Below are positions 1 through 13,300 of a stretch of 64,000 bases of DNA, piece after piece. How positions within the stretch are numbered: the first letter of the stretch is position 1; each line of letters starts with the position of its first letter. A program made the translations under genes and the position numbers. Source of the stretch: Centroscyllium fabricii (Eukaryota). Where the stretch lies: positions 129,704,001 to 129,768,000 of the forward strand of contig JBNRSN020000009.1 of NCBI GenBank assembly GCA_051313645.2, written 5' to 3'. The notes beneath the pieces are model-generated. The model ran no database searches. It was given only the letters and a program-made list of their open reading frames with translations, and was not told where the DNA came from.

Positions 1-1023
1 TGGATCCAAAACTGGCTTAGTGGCAGAAGGTAGAGGGTGATGGTCGAAGGTTGTTTTTGTGACTGGAAGCCTGTGTCCAGCGGGGTACCGCAGGGATCGG
101 TGCTGGGTCCCTTGCTGTTTGTAGTCTACATTAATGATTTGGATATGAATGTAGAAGGTATGATCAGTAAGTTCGCTGATGACACGAAAATTGGTGGGGT
201 GGTGGATAGCGAGGAGCGAAGCCTCAGTCTGCAGGACGATACAGATGGGTTGGTCAGATGGGTGGAGCAGTGGCAAATGGAATTTAACCCTGAAAAGTGT
301 GAAGTGATGCATTTTGGAAGGACGAACAAGGCAATGGAATACACAATTAATGGTAAGACCCTAGGAAAGACAGACGATCAGAGGGACCTTGGTGTGCATG
401 TACATAGATCCCTGAAGGCAGCAGGACAAGTGGATAAGGTGGTTAAAAAGGCATATGGGATACTTGCCTTCATTAGCCGATGCATAGAATATAAGAGCAG
501 GGAGGTTATGATGGAGCTGTCCAAAACGCTGGTAAGGCCACAGCTGGAGTACTGTGTGCAGTTCTGGTCACCACACTATAGGAAGGATGTGATTGCTTTG
601 GAGAGAGTACAGAAGTAATTCACCAGGATGTTACCTGGGCTGGAGCGCTTCAGCTATGAAGAAAGACTGGGTAGGCTGGGGTTGTTTTCCTTGGAGCAGA
701 GAAGGCTGAGCGGGGACCTGATTGAGGTGTACAAGATTATGAGGGGCATAGATAGGGTAAATAGAAAGGAACTTTTTCCCTTGGTAGACGGGTCAATAAC
801 AAGGGGACAGAGGGTGGTTGGAATCTGGAACTCACTGCCTGAAAGGGTGGTAGAGGCAGGAACCCTCACAACATTCAAGAAGCATTTGGATGAGCACTTG
901 AAGTGCCATAGCATACAAGGCTATGGACCAAGTGCTGGAAAATAGGATTAGAATAGACAGGGCTTGATGGCCGGCACGGACGCAATGGGCCGAAGGGCCT
1001 CTTTCCGTGCTGTAAAACTCTAT
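1..1023 (+). mobile_element. CR1 LINE 3' fragment (RT C-terminal part, degenerate)
   Basis: ORFs 37-618 and 628-945 carry CR1 RT motifs (GVPQGSVLGP, FADD, LVRPQLEYCVQFWSP). There is a stop at 616-618 and an internal deletion. The CTCTATGA tail is split by the MITE at 1024 and resumes at 2140. Confidence 0.93.
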
Positions 1024-2139
1024 GGGCACGAAATTGGCGCCTTAGCGCCAGCCCATTATCGCCGGGCGCTAAATAATAATAATAATTCAATAATAATAAT
1101 TCAATTTTATTGTCATTATACAATGTACAAGTACATGAACAACGAAATGTGATCTTGCAAGCTCCCAAGAGTCCAGCAAAGCCGCTGCGTCTGTGCGCGC
1201 CGCCATTCCATCTTTCCATCATTCCGACAATCTTCAGCCAACCGCCCCTCCCCGGGGCTCCTTTCGTGACCTTCTGCACCTGGCATTCCCTGGTGGTCGC
1301 CCCTCCAAGTACTAACCAGGCCTGGCTCTGCTTAGCTTCCAAGCCTTGCCAGTGGCCCTGTCCCTAGTCCCAGGAAATTGGCATGGTGGTTAGCGCCGGC
1401 GCTAAACGCTAGCGCTGCACCGCCTGACGATCAATAATCTTCGTGGCAACGCGTGTGCAATGGCCTGCGCCCGATATTGGCCTTAGTGCCTTCGCAGCAC
1501 CATCCGCGCTATTAGCGACAGCTTTTGCAAGCGCTGCAGTGGCTTTGAGTGGCTGCTGCAGCGCTGCTAAAAGGGCCACCCTCCCTCTTCAGCCTGAGCG
1601 CGGCCAGCTGATGGGGGGAGTCGGCCTCAGCAGCCAATTGATTGCGTCTTGCAGAGAGGGGCCGGCTCTGTGATCAGTGGCGTCTTGCAGAGAACGGGGA
1701 GGGAGGGCAGCTCTCTGATCATTTGCGTCTTGGTGGGTCGCGGCGACCCCCTCCCGGTGGGTCCCCGCGAACCACCAACACGCAAATGATCAGAGAGCCT
1801 CCCCCCTCTCTTCTAGATGCCACTGATCAAAGAGCCGGCCTCTCTCTCCGCTCTCTCCGAGACGCAACTGCTCAGAGAGCACGGAGAACAGCTGCTACTC
1901 CCCCTTTAATGCCTCATCGGCTGCAGAGGCGAAGGGGACGCAAGCAGTTAGTCAGGGAGCACTGCGCCCGGGAACGGCCATTAGCGCCGGGATATTAGCC
2001 GCCTGACTCTCGTGCAAGGCGGGAATTTGCGCCGAAATCTCGAAGGCCACCGCTACTGCCAATTAGGCAGCTTTGGCGCTAAATTTTAGCGCATCGGCAA
2101 TTTTAGCGCCCAATCCGTGCGCTCACGAATTTCGTGGCC
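1024..2139. mobile_element. Non-autonomous DNA transposon (PIF/Harbinger-like MITE)
   Basis: TIRs GGGCACGAAATT / AATTTCGTGGCC, 3-bp duplication TAT on both sides, subterminal TAGCGCC motifs, no transposase. Confidence 0.75.
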
Positions 2140-2621
2140 TATGACTCTATGACAGCCATCACTGTTTGGCCATTCATTCATTTGCTGTTTGTGGGACCTT
2201 GTGAGATAATTAGCTGTTGTGTTGCCTATACCTGTATTACAACAGTGACTGTACTTCAAAGGGAATCCGTCACTTTTAAAGTGCTTTGGGACACCTGAAG
2301 GAAATAGTAAGATGCTGCATGTGGTGATATTGAACAAACCTCCGGGGGAAGGTTGAATGGTGAACTCTGTACATGTTACTTCCTGGGCCCAGATAGTATA
2401 AATACTGGAACTGCTCAGTATGGGGTGGATGCTTCATCTGGAAGCATGGTAAAACCCACCTTTGTAAATAGTGACAATATAGTGGATTAAAACTTTACTT
2501 TAGAGTTATTGATGTATAAGACTCATTTATTACATCACTGCATATAAGTCTTGTCTTTTTATAAGTCACGGTAAGTCCAGGGTTCCCGCTGGCATTGACA
2601 CTGTGTCTGTTTTCTCTGCAG

Positions 2622-2691
2622 AGGACATCTTCGTGCTCAACGGGAAGGACAAAAAGAATCCACTGATCTACGGAGTTTTCACAACATCCAG
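2622..2691 (+). CDS. SEMA3: Class-3 semaphorin internal exon (70 bp, Sema domain)
   Basis: tttctctgcAG acceptor and GTAAGG donor. Reads (x)DIFVLNGKDKKNPLIYGVFTTS, resembling SEMA3 DVFL..KDPKNP..YGVFTTSS. Phase matches the exon at 33809. Confidence 0.9.
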
Positions 2692-2989
2692 GTAAGGGCC
2701 TTGTCCAAAGGGAAGCTTGGGCCAGCGGTTTCAGGAAAGAAACCAAATCATGTCAATGTTATCGTGAAAGCTGAGTTCTAATTAACAGGGAACCAAATAC
2801 GCGATCTCGCTAACTGCCCAAAGCCCAGTGCTTGAGTGATGGAATCAGCTTCTATCACTCTGAGCTGCTTGAAACATCTGCTGCAGCAATCCATTCAGAC
2901 GGAAGTGTCTCTTAGATTGAAGCAACCTACTTACAAAACAAAGTCACTCCTTCCAAGAACTCTGCGCTCCTCTACAGACACAGCCACAG

Positions 2990-3245
2990 AAGATAGGAGC
3001 AGGAGTAGGCCATTCGGCCCTTCGAGCCTGCTCCGCCATTTTTTTTGATGAGATCATGGCTGATCATCCAAACCCAGCACCCCCCTCCTACCCTCTCCCC
3101 ATATCCCCCGACACCCCCAACTCTAAGAACTATATCTCACACACATACTCATGGGCAATTTCTTTTTTAGTATCTCCAATTCACCTAACCTGCATGTCTT
3201 TGGGTGGTGGGAGGAAACTGGAGTACCCGGAGGAAACCTACACTA
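2990..3245 (-). mobile_element. HE1/V-SINE-type fragment with CR1-like tail
   Basis: Similar to the fuller copy at 31413-31820 (GGAGCAGGAGTAGGCCATTCGG tail, GGAGGAAAC.GGAG.ACCC core). Confidence 0.6.
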
Positions 3246-3396
3246 GCCTAACTCTAGCCTCCTTTGCATTCCCCACTTCCTTCGCCCCCACCTCTTCCTA
3301 TGGCTCCAGAAAATTCCCTCCCTAAACCTCTCTGCCTCTCTCTCCTCCTTTAAGACGCTCCTTAAAAACAGCCACCCTTGACCAAGCCCCTGTCTG

Positions 3397-3803
3397 AATA
3401 CGATAGCAAAATACTGCGGATGCTGGAAATCCGAAATAACAACAGAAAACGCTGGAGAAACTCAGCAGGCCAGGCAGCATCGGTGGAGAGAGAAACAGAG
3501 TTAACGTTTCAGGTCGATGACCTTTCTTCAGAACTGGAGAAGCCGGGAGGGGGGGATTCCTTGAATTTCTCCTAATGTTTCTTATCTCCCACTCCTTCTA
3601 GTCTGTCGCTGATCTTTCCTTTGTTCTTTCAGCCCCCCCCCCACACCTTCCTTTCCCCAGCCCCCACAAGCTTTAAAATCTATCCCCCCTCCTGGTTTCT
3701 CCAGTTCTGAAGAATGGTCTTCGACCTGAAACGTTAACTCTGTTTCTCTCTCCACTGACGCTGCCTGGCCTGCTGAGTTTCTCCAGCGTTTTCTGTTGTT
3801 TTC
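3397..3803. mobile_element. Penelope-like terminal repeat pair in inverted orientation, each arm with a minimal hammerhead core
   Basis: About 105-bp inverted arms (ca. 3438-3545 and 3694-3800). The CTGAAGA-stem-GAAAC-GTT motif occurs at 3707-3738 (+) and 3499-3531 (-). The pair interrupts an L2-like tail. Confidence 0.7.
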
Positions 3804-3887
3804 CCTTGTCTTAATATCTCCTTCTTTGACTCTGTGTCACTTTTCGTCTGACTACACTCCTGTGAAATGCCTTCGGCCAGTCACCAC

Positions 3888-4623
3888 TGTGGTAAACCAT
3901 TATCCCTAATGTTATACAGGTTGAACTTCGTTGATCCGGCACCCGAAAAATCGGCAACTTTGAACGTCCGGCAATAATTTCCCCGACTGCCCTGCGCATG
4001 CGCAAAATGGCCACCGCGATCGATGCTTCGGCGAATGATCTGCGCATGCGCCGCCGAACGGCGAGTGCATGCGCAGCTCATTCACAATGGCCGAGCTGAT
4101 CCCGAGCCAAGCCTGGCCGCTGCGAGCCTCCCCGAGCCTGGCCGCTGCGAGCTTTCCCGAGCCTGGCCGCTGCGAGCTTTCCCGAGCCTGGCCGCTGCGA
4201 GCCTCCCTGAACGATCAGCGCCTGCGCAGACCACTCAAAATGGCCGCCAGCCTTTCGCGGCAGCCATTTTGAATGGTTTGTGCATGCGCTCGCCGAAACT
4301 TCAATCGTTTGGGATTTTCACTTGTCCGGTACGGGCCTGGTCCCGCCCGTGCCGGATTAACGAAGTTCAACCTGTACCACTGTTTGTACTACTGTACTGC
4401 TAAATCCTACTGTCTGTAAATACCTGTACATATACATGCAGGAGCTTGCCCCAACTGACCCCGCCCCTGACTCCACCTCCAGACTCAGTTATATAGGTGC
4501 TTGCTCACCCACCTCTGGTCAGTACACCACGGAGCTCAGCCGAGACACGCTCCATTCTTTAGTCAATAAAAGCCGTATAGTTAAGGTTAACTCTTCGCCT
4601 TTGGCCTTATTGACGGTACATCA
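3888..4623 (+). mobile_element. Gypsy solo LTR (TGTGGTAAACC type) containing a MITE
   Basis: TG...CA termini, 5-bp TSD ACCAC, TATA-like box and AATAAAAGCC. Starts like the LTRs at 43759 and 48359. Confidence 0.85.
3917..4374. mobile_element. Tc1/mariner (Tigger/pogo-like) MITE
   Basis: About 26-bp TIRs CAGGTTGAACTTCGTT(G/A)ATCCGGCAC, TA duplication, short internal tandem repeat at about 4100-4205. Confidence 0.85.
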
Positions 4624-5305
4624 ACCACGTTAAAGGCGCTGTGTGAATGCACGTTGTGGTTGTGTGTCTGGTGATGACAGGATGAGGTTCGGCTGTAACA
4701 AACACCAAAGCCGAGTAACCATGTTGACACTCGCTGTCCTGGCCGGTATTGGTTGCCTGCTTGCACCACGACAAAAGCCGGCACCTTCAGACTGGAAACC
4801 CAAAGGTTACAGATAGTAAAAACAGTTCGGGAATCCCACCCAGAATTTCACGTTGGTTAAGATAAATAAAGCGGCTCAAAAAAAATCCCGCAGTCTCTTA
4901 TCTGAGAGTTCAATGCTGACCCTTGACTGGCAGCAGCAAGTTAGGAAACTACAAAGTGTCTCTTCAAAAGGTTGTGATGTGTTGATAAGGGGCTTGTTTA
5001 TTTGTGAAGCTGTGAGGGAAGAGGAAGCAGGGCCCTTTATCCTGACTCGTGCTGTGGGTGTGGTTAGTGAGCAATTTGTGAAACTGTATATTTTCAGTAC
5101 ACACTCCTCGGTGAATATTCAACTGGCAGTGGAAGTGTTCATTTAAAATCAGTGGTTCCCATTTTTGGCCAGGATGACTAAGCTGTGTTTTTAAAACAAT
5201 CCTTAATGAGTCAGCTGTGCCTCAGTGGGGAGCATCCTTGCTTCTGAGTCAGAAGGTTGTGGGTTCAAATCCCACTCCAGGCACTTGAGCACAAAAATAC
5301 AGGCT

Positions 5306-8300
5306 TGTGGCGACACGCCCACCGGCAGCCACGAACCCGCGCTGGGAAGGCTGCAAAGCGGCCCCGCCCGTCGGAGGACGCACGGACTTCCCCGACGTGA
5401 TGACGTCACCAGGTGGCCAGCCGGCAGTGACGTCCCCAGCCGCGGGACCTTTAAATACCTGAGCGCCAGGTGGCTCAGCCTCTTTCTCTCCACCTGGCCC
5501 TAGTTGTAACAAGCAGTATAATAAAAACTCTCCTTCTAACCTCTCTGTGTCCAGCGTGGTCCTTCAGCCTTGCAGGCCTCAACACTGGTGACCCCGATAC
5601 CTGAGACGATTCTCAGGTGAACAATGAAGCAGCCACTGCAGGACTGAGGGCCAAGCTGCCGCAGCCGAATCGCTACCACCATGCCAGCAGCAAACGACTC
5701 AGCACGCCAAAGCAGACGGGGCCAAGTTTACCTCCCGGTCCCAACCATACCACAATTCTGGGAGCTCCGTCCAGCGGCTTGGTTTCGCAACACCGAGAAC
5801 ACCTTCCGCATCCATGGCGTGCAGGGAGACGACCGCTACAGCCTGCTCTTCGCAGCCCTCGCACAGTCCACCATCGACAGAATGTGGGACACCATCGAGG
5901 AAGACACTTCTGCTGGCAGGTACGAATCGCTAAAGGCCGCGCTGCTCGCAAAATTTACCCCAACCATTTTCGAGCGCGATTGCCAGGTCATTAACCTCCC
6001 CGACCTGGGAGATGCAGACCCCACCGACTTGTGGGCCCAGTTTGAGGCGCTCAATCGCGACTCGGACACCCTTAAGCGCGCCCTCTACCTCCTTAAGCTG
6101 CCGCCCTCCATCAGACCGACACTGACGGTCTTGGAGCACCTCTCAAACAGGCAGCTAGCTCAGGAGGCAGACAAGCTCATTAAGGCCGAGCGCACCCGCG
6201 CCACCATGCACCGCCACGCTGCCGCTCAACAAGAGCAGCACCACCCACAACCCCGGCCCCAACTCAGAGCCGCGCGGACCCACAAAAAGCCACGCACCGC
6301 GGCAACCGGCTGGTGCTACTACCATACCAGGTTTGAGGCCAAAGCGCAGCGCTGCGTTCCGCCCTGCAACTTCAAACCCCAAACCTGCCCCAGCCCCACC
6401 ATGTGCGTCGGCCGCTCCGGAGCGCTGCTCTTCGTTAAAGACAGTGTCTCAGGCCTCCGTTTCCTCTGCGACACAGGCGCGCAGCACAGCATCGTGCCAG
6501 CCTCCCCCGCAGAATCCAAGCAGGGCACCCAAGGCCCACCACTCGAAGCCGCAAACGGCTCCGAGATACTCACGTTCGGTACCCGCCAGCTTACCATTAA
6601 ACTAGCAGGCCACAGGTATACGTGGGACTTCATCACCGCGCAGGTTAACACGCCCCTACTCGGAGCCGATTTTCTGTGCGCCCACGGGCTCCTTGTCGAT
6701 GTTACCCGGCGCCGCCTGGTCGACATCCAAATCATGTCGACCATTCCGTGCTCCACAGCCCCAGCACACCAGACCCACGCGGCAGCTCACTGCCGGGCCC
6801 GCAACTCCGACACGTACGCCACGCTGCTCGCCGAGTTCCCCACCCTAACCAACCCCACCTTCACAGCCCGCTCCGCCAAGCACGGCGTAGAGCACCACAT
6901 CACCACCACAGGCCCCCCGGTCCACGCCCACGCACGCAGGCTGGACCCGGCCAAGCTAGAGATCGCTCGAGCCGAGTTCCACATCATGGAACAGCTCGGC
7001 ATCATCCGCCGCTCCAGCAGCCCCTGGGCCTCCCCCCTCCACATTGCCCCCAAACCCGATGGCGGCTGGCGCCCCTGCGGAGACTACCGCCGCCTCAACA
7101 ACGCCACCACCCCGGATAGGTACCCAGTCCCCCACATCCAGGATTTTTCCGTGAGGCTAGCCGGCTGCACGGTCTTTTCAAAGATCGACCTCGTGCGGGG
7201 CTACCACCAAGTTCCAGTGCACCCGGCGGATGTCCCTAAGACAGCCGTCATCACCCCATTCGGCCTATTCGAATTTCTCCGGATGCCCTTCGGACTCAAA
7301 AACGCGGCCCAGGCTTTCCAGCGCCTCATGGACTCAGTCCTCCGGGACCTCCAGTTCACATTCGTCTACCTTGACGACATCCTGGTGGCCAGCGCCTCCC
7401 CCCGGGAACACCTCATCCACCTCAGGACCCTTTTTAAACGCCTGGCCGAGCACGGCCTCATATTAAGCCCCTCCAAGTGCCGATTCGGCCTCGAGGCTAT
7501 TGACTTCCTCGGCCACCACATCTCCCACACCGGGGCCATACCCCTGCCCTCCAAGGTGCAGGCGGTCCAGGAATTCCCCCGCCCGCACTCCATCAAGGGG
7601 CTGCAGGAATTCCTTGGAATGGTTAATTTTTACAACCGTTTCATCCCCGGCGCAGCCGCCCTCATGGCCCCCCTCTACCAGGCCACCCACGGGCAACCAA
7701 CAAGACCGCGGTCGAGTGGACGGCCGAAGCCGCCACCGCTTTCACCGCAACCAAAACGGCCCTTGCCAAAGCCACCCTCCTCAGCCACCCCAGGCCCAAC
7801 GCCAGAGTAGCCCTCACCACCGACGCCTCCGACCACGCTGTCGGAGCAGTCTTCGAGCAGTGGTCGGGCGACTCATGGCAACCACTGGCCTTTTTCAGCC
7901 GCCGCCTCCGGCCCCCAGAGGTCAAGTACAGCGCCTTCGATAGGGAGCTACTCGCTCTCTACCTCGCAGTGCGCCACTTCCGCTTCCTTTTGGAGGGCCG
8001 CCACTTTACAGCATTTGTGGACCACAAACCACTAGTCTCCGCAATGGCTAAGCTCTCCGAACCCTGGTCGGCCAGGCAGCAGCGCCAGCTCGCGGCCGTG
8101 TCCGAGTTCACGACCGACATCCAGCACATTGCCGGCCGCGACAACGTGGTCGCCGACTGCCTCTCATGACCCGCCATTCACAAGCCCAACCCCGACCACC
8201 CCCCAACCCCAGCCACCAACCGCGCCTGCGCACACTGCTGCGCATTCCCAACCACCAACACTGTCCAGACCGCGGTCGACTACGTCAAAATGGCGGCCGA

Positions 8301-10057
8301 CCAACTCAGCGATCCCGACCTCCTCGACCCCACCAACAAACTTCCCGGCCTACTCTTAGCCACCGTAGCACACGGACCCACAGCCACGGGGGTCCGCTGC
8401 GACGTCACCCTACCCCAACCCAGGCCCGTGGTGCACCCCGCGTGGACGCAGCACATCTTCCAGACCCTCCACGGCCTCTCCCACCCCGGCGTCCGCGCAT
8501 CCACCAAGCTCATCTCTGCGCGATTCGTTTGGCGCGGCCTAAAACAAGATGTCCGCGCCTGGACCACCTCGTGCAATGCCTGCCAGCGAGCCAAGGTGCA
8601 CAAACACATCAAAGCACCACTCCAACCAATCGTCATCCCAGCCAGACGCTTCAGCCACGTGCACATCGACCTGGTTGGACCACTACCCCCATCACGTGGA
8701 CACTCGTACCTCCTCACAATGGTCGACCGCACCACCCGCTGGCCTGAAGCGGTCCCCCTCAACACGACCACCACCGCCGAACTGGCCAGGGCCTTCATCG
8801 CCACCTGGGTCGCCCGCTTCGGCGTCCCCAACGACATTACTTCAGACAGGGGCCCCCAATTCACTTCAACTCTATGGTCAACCATCGCTCACGACCTTGG
8901 GGTAACCCTGCACCGAACCACTGCCTACCACCCGCAAGCCAACGGCCTCTGCGAACGGTTCCACCGAACTTTTAAAACATCCCTGCGGGCCAGCCTCCAG
9001 GACGCAACCTGGACGGACCGCCTGCCCTGGGTAATGCTCGGCCTCCGCTCAGCGGCCAAAGAAGATCTACACGCCTCGGCAGCCGAACTCGTTTACGGCC
9101 AACCACTAACGGTACCAGGCGAGTTCGTCGCAGAAACAAGCGAACCCTGGTCGGCCGAGCGCTGCCTCAGGGAATTCAACAACCAGGCAGCAGAATTCAA
9201 ACCACTTCCGGTGGCCCGCCACGGTCACCCGGCGACACGTGTCCCCGATGCCATTCAGGATGCCAAGTATGTGTTTGTCCGCTATGACTCACACAAAACA
9301 CCGCTGCAGGCACCGTACGACGGGCCATTCAGAGTGCTTCGGGCGGGACCCAAAACGTTTGACATTCAAATGGGCAACAGAACTGAGACCGTATCCATTG
9401 ACCGGCTCAAACCAGCACACGTAATGGCGGGCGAGACAACAGTCCCCGCACAACCACCTAAACGCGGCCGCCCTACCGCACCAAAACCCGCCCACACTCC
9501 CACACAGACCAACAAGCAACACATCACACGTGCCGGCCGTACCATCAGGCCACCTAAGCGCCTCGCCTGAGGCGACACGGGCAGAGCATTGACGGCCCGC
9601 CACAACACCATCTTTCGAACCACGGAACAGCACACAACACCTGCCGGCCACAACACCAGGCCATTGCGGCAAACTGTCGGACATTCTGTGTGTAATCGAA
9701 ATGTGTGTCTGCTCTCCTTTTTGTCTCCCTCTCCTCTAGGAAACTACACTTCCCCTCGCGGATTCTGGGGGGGAGCTGTGTGGCGACACGCCCACCGGCA
9801 GCCACGAACCCGCGCTGGGAAGGCTGCAAAGCGGCCCCGCCCGTCGGAGGACGCACGGACTTCCCCGACGTGATGACGTCACCAGGTGGCCAGCCGGCAG
9901 TGACGTCCCCAGCCGCGGGACCTTTAAATACCTGAGCGCCAGGTGGCTCAGCCTCTTTCTCTCCACCTGGCCCTAGTTGTAACAAGCAGTATAATAAAAA
10001 CTCTCCTTCTAACCTCTCTGTGTCCAGCGTGGTCCTTCAGCCTTGCAGGCCTCAACA
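5306..10057 (+). mobile_element. Full-length Gypsy provirus A (CsRn1-like), defective
   Basis: 279-bp LTRs at 5306-5584 and 9779-10057 that look identical, TSD GGCT, PBS TGGTGACCCCGA (tRNA-Trp), PPT at about 9767-9776. Confidence 0.96.
5681..9570 (+). pseudogene. gag-pol of provirus A, disrupted
   Basis: Colinear with ORF 10702-14667, but has a 1-bp deletion near 7696, CGA>TGA at 8167-8169 and a ~75-bp deletion near 8195. Confidence 0.92.
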
Positions 10058-10326
10058 GGCTGATACTTGTAAGGAGCGTGCGCCGTATATTTTATTGTAC
10101 GACTTGGGGTCCGTTACTGCCTTGCGCTAGCAGTCCGCTAGGCCTCGCGCAATAACCTCCTCCCCCGCGAGCGGTTCGAATCGCTCACCCTTACGGTTCT
10201 AGACGCTGGACTTAGGTGCAGGAGAAGAGAGAGAGACGAGATGGATACCGATTGGACTCAGATTTAGACTCGAATAAAAGTTTGCAAAGTTGGAAGATTT
10301 TATTACACCACAAGATATATTTACAG

Positions 10327-13300
10327 TGTGGCGACACGCCCACCGGCAGCTACGAACCCGCTCTGGGAAAGCTGCAAAACGGCCCCGCCCATCGGAGGAC
10401 GCACGGGCATCCCCGACGTGATGACGTCACCAGGTGGCCGGCCGGCAGTGACGTCCCCAACCGCGGGACCTTTAAATACCTGAGCGCCAGGTGGCTCTCT
10501 TTCTTCTCTCCACCTGGCCATAGTTGTAACAGCTTACTGTAATAAAAGTGCTCCTTCCGAACCCTCTGTGTCCAGCGTGGTCCTTCAGCCTTGCATGCCT
10601 CCACAGTGGTGACCCCGATACTTGGGACGATTCTCAGGTGAACAATGAAGCAGCCGCTGCAGGACTGAGGGCCAAGCTGCCTCAGTGGAATCGCTACCAC
10701 CATGCCAGCAGTAAACGACTCAGCACGCCAAGGCAGACGGGGCCAAGTTTACCTCCCGGTTCCAGCCATACCACAGTTCTGGGAGCTCCGTCCAGCGGCT
10801 TGGTTTCGCAACACGGAGAACACCTTCCGCATCCATGGCGTGCAGGGAGACGACCGCTACAGCCTGCTCTTCGCAGCCCTCGCACAGTCCACCATCGACA
10901 GAATGTGGGACACCATCGAGGAAGACACTTCTGCTGGCAGGTACGAATCGCTAAAGGCCGCGCTGCTTGAAAAATTTACCCCAACCATTTTCGAGCGCGA
11001 TTGCCAGGTCATTAACCTCCCCGACCTCGGAGACGCAGACCCCACCGACTTGTGGACCCAGTTTGAGGCGCTCAATCGCGACCCGGCCACCCTTAAGCAC
11101 GCCCTCTACCTCCTTAAGCTGCCGCCCTCCATCAGACCGACACTGACGGTCTTGGAGCACCTCTCAAACAGGCAGCTAGCTCAGGAGGCAGACAAGCTGA
11201 TTAAGGCCGAGCGCACCCGCGCCACCATGCACCGTAACGCTGCCGCTCAACAAGAGCAGCACTACCCACAACCCCGGCCCCAACTCAGAGCCGCGCGGAC
11301 CCACAAAAAGCCACGCACCGCGGGACCCGGCTGGTGCTACTACCACACCAGGTTTGAAGCCAAAGCGCAGCGCTGCGTTCCGCCCTGCAACTTCAAACCC
11401 CAAACCAGCCCCAGCTCCACCATGTGCGTCGGCCGCTCCGGAGCGCTGCTCTTCGTTACAGACAGCGTTTCAGGCCTCCGCTTCCTCTGCGACACAGGCG
11501 CGCAGCACAGCATCGTGCCAGCCTCCCCCGCAGAATCCAAGCAGGGCACCAGAGGCCCACCACTCGAAGCCGCAAACGGCTCCGAGATACTCACGTTCGG
11601 TACCCGCCAGCTTACCATTAAACTAGCAGGCCACAGGTATACGTGGGACTTCATTACCGCGCAGGTTAACATGCCCCTACTCGGAGCCGATTTTCTGTGC
11701 GCCCACGGGCTCCTGGTCGATGTTACCCGGCGCCGCCTGGTCGACATCCAAATCATGTCAACCATCCCTTGCTCCACAGCCCCAGCACACCAGACCCACA
11801 CGGCAGCCCACTGCCGGGCCCGCAACTCCGACACGTACGCCACGCTGCTCGCTGAGTTCCCGATCCTAACCAACCCAACCTTCACAGCCCGCTCCGCCAA
11901 GCACGGCGTAGAGCATCACATCACCACCACAGGCCCCCCAGTCCATGCCCACGCACGCAGGCTGGACCCAGCCAAGCTAGAGATCGCGCGCGCCGAGTTC
12001 CACATCATGGAACAGCTCGGCATCATCCGCCGCTCCAGCAGCCCCTGGGCCTCCCCCCTCCACATTGCCCCCAAACCCGACGGCGGCTGGCGCCCCTGCG
12101 GAGACTACCGCCGCCTCAACAACGCCACCACCCCGGATAGGTACCCAGTCCCCCACATCCAAGATTTTTCCGTGAGGCTAGCCGGCTGCACGGTCTTTTC
12201 AAAGATCGACCTTGTGCGGGGCTACCACCAAGTCCCAGTACACCTGGCGGATGTCCCTAAGACAGCCGTCATCACCCCATTCGGCCTATTCGAATTCTTC
12301 CGGATGCCCTTCGGACTCAAAAACGCGGCCCAGGCCTTCCAGCGCCTCATGGACTCAGTCCTCCGGGACCTGCAGTTCACATTCGTCTACCTTGACGACA
12401 TCCTGGTGGCCAGCGCCTCCCCCCGGGAACACCTCATCCACCTTAGAACCCTTTTTAAACGCCTGGCCGATCACGGCCTCATATTAAGCCCCTCCAAGTG
12501 TCGATTCGGCCTCGAGGCTATCGACTTCCTCGGCCACCACATCTCCCACACCGGGGCCATACCCCTGCCCTCCAAGGTGCAGGCCGTCCAGGAATTACCC
12601 CGCCCGCACTCCATCAAGGGGCTGCAGGAATTCCTCGGGATGGTTAATTTTTACAACCGTTTTATTCCCGGCGCAGCCGCCCTCATGGCCCCCCTTTATC
12701 GGGCCACCCATGGGCAGTCCAACAAGACCGCGGTCGAGTGGACAGCCGAAGCCGACACCGCCTTCACCGCAACCAAAACGGCCCTCGCCAAAGCCACCCT
12801 ACTCAGCCACCCCAGGCCCAACGCCAGAGTAGCCCTCACCACCGACGCCTCCGACCACGCTGTCGGAGCAGTCTTCGAGCAGTGGTCGGGCGACTCATGG
12901 CAACCACTGGCCTTTTTCAGCCGGCACCTCCGGCCCCCAGAGGTCAAGTACAGCGCCTTCGATAGGGAGCTACTCGCTCTCTACCTCGCGGTGCGCCACT
13001 TTCGCTTCCTCTTGGAGGGCCGCCACTTTACGGCATTTGTAGATCACAAACCGCTGGTCTCCGCAATGGCTAAGCGCTCCGAACCCTGGTCGGCCAGGCA
13101 GCAGCGCCAGCTCGCGACCGTGTCCGAGTTCACGACCGACATCCAGCACATTGCCGGCCGCGACAACGTGGTCGCTGACTGCCTCTCACGACCCGCCATT
13201 GACAAGCCCAACCCCGACCGCCCCAACAACCACCCCTTGTGCCCCGCCACCAGCAGCGCAGGCACCACCGGCACCCAAACCGACAGAGCCGACAACCCCC

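Noticed and set aside
5210-5285. tRNA gene (also at 38355, 31255, 31750 and 52505)
   Set aside because: The A/B boxes continue directly into SINE bodies and tails, so these are SINE heads.
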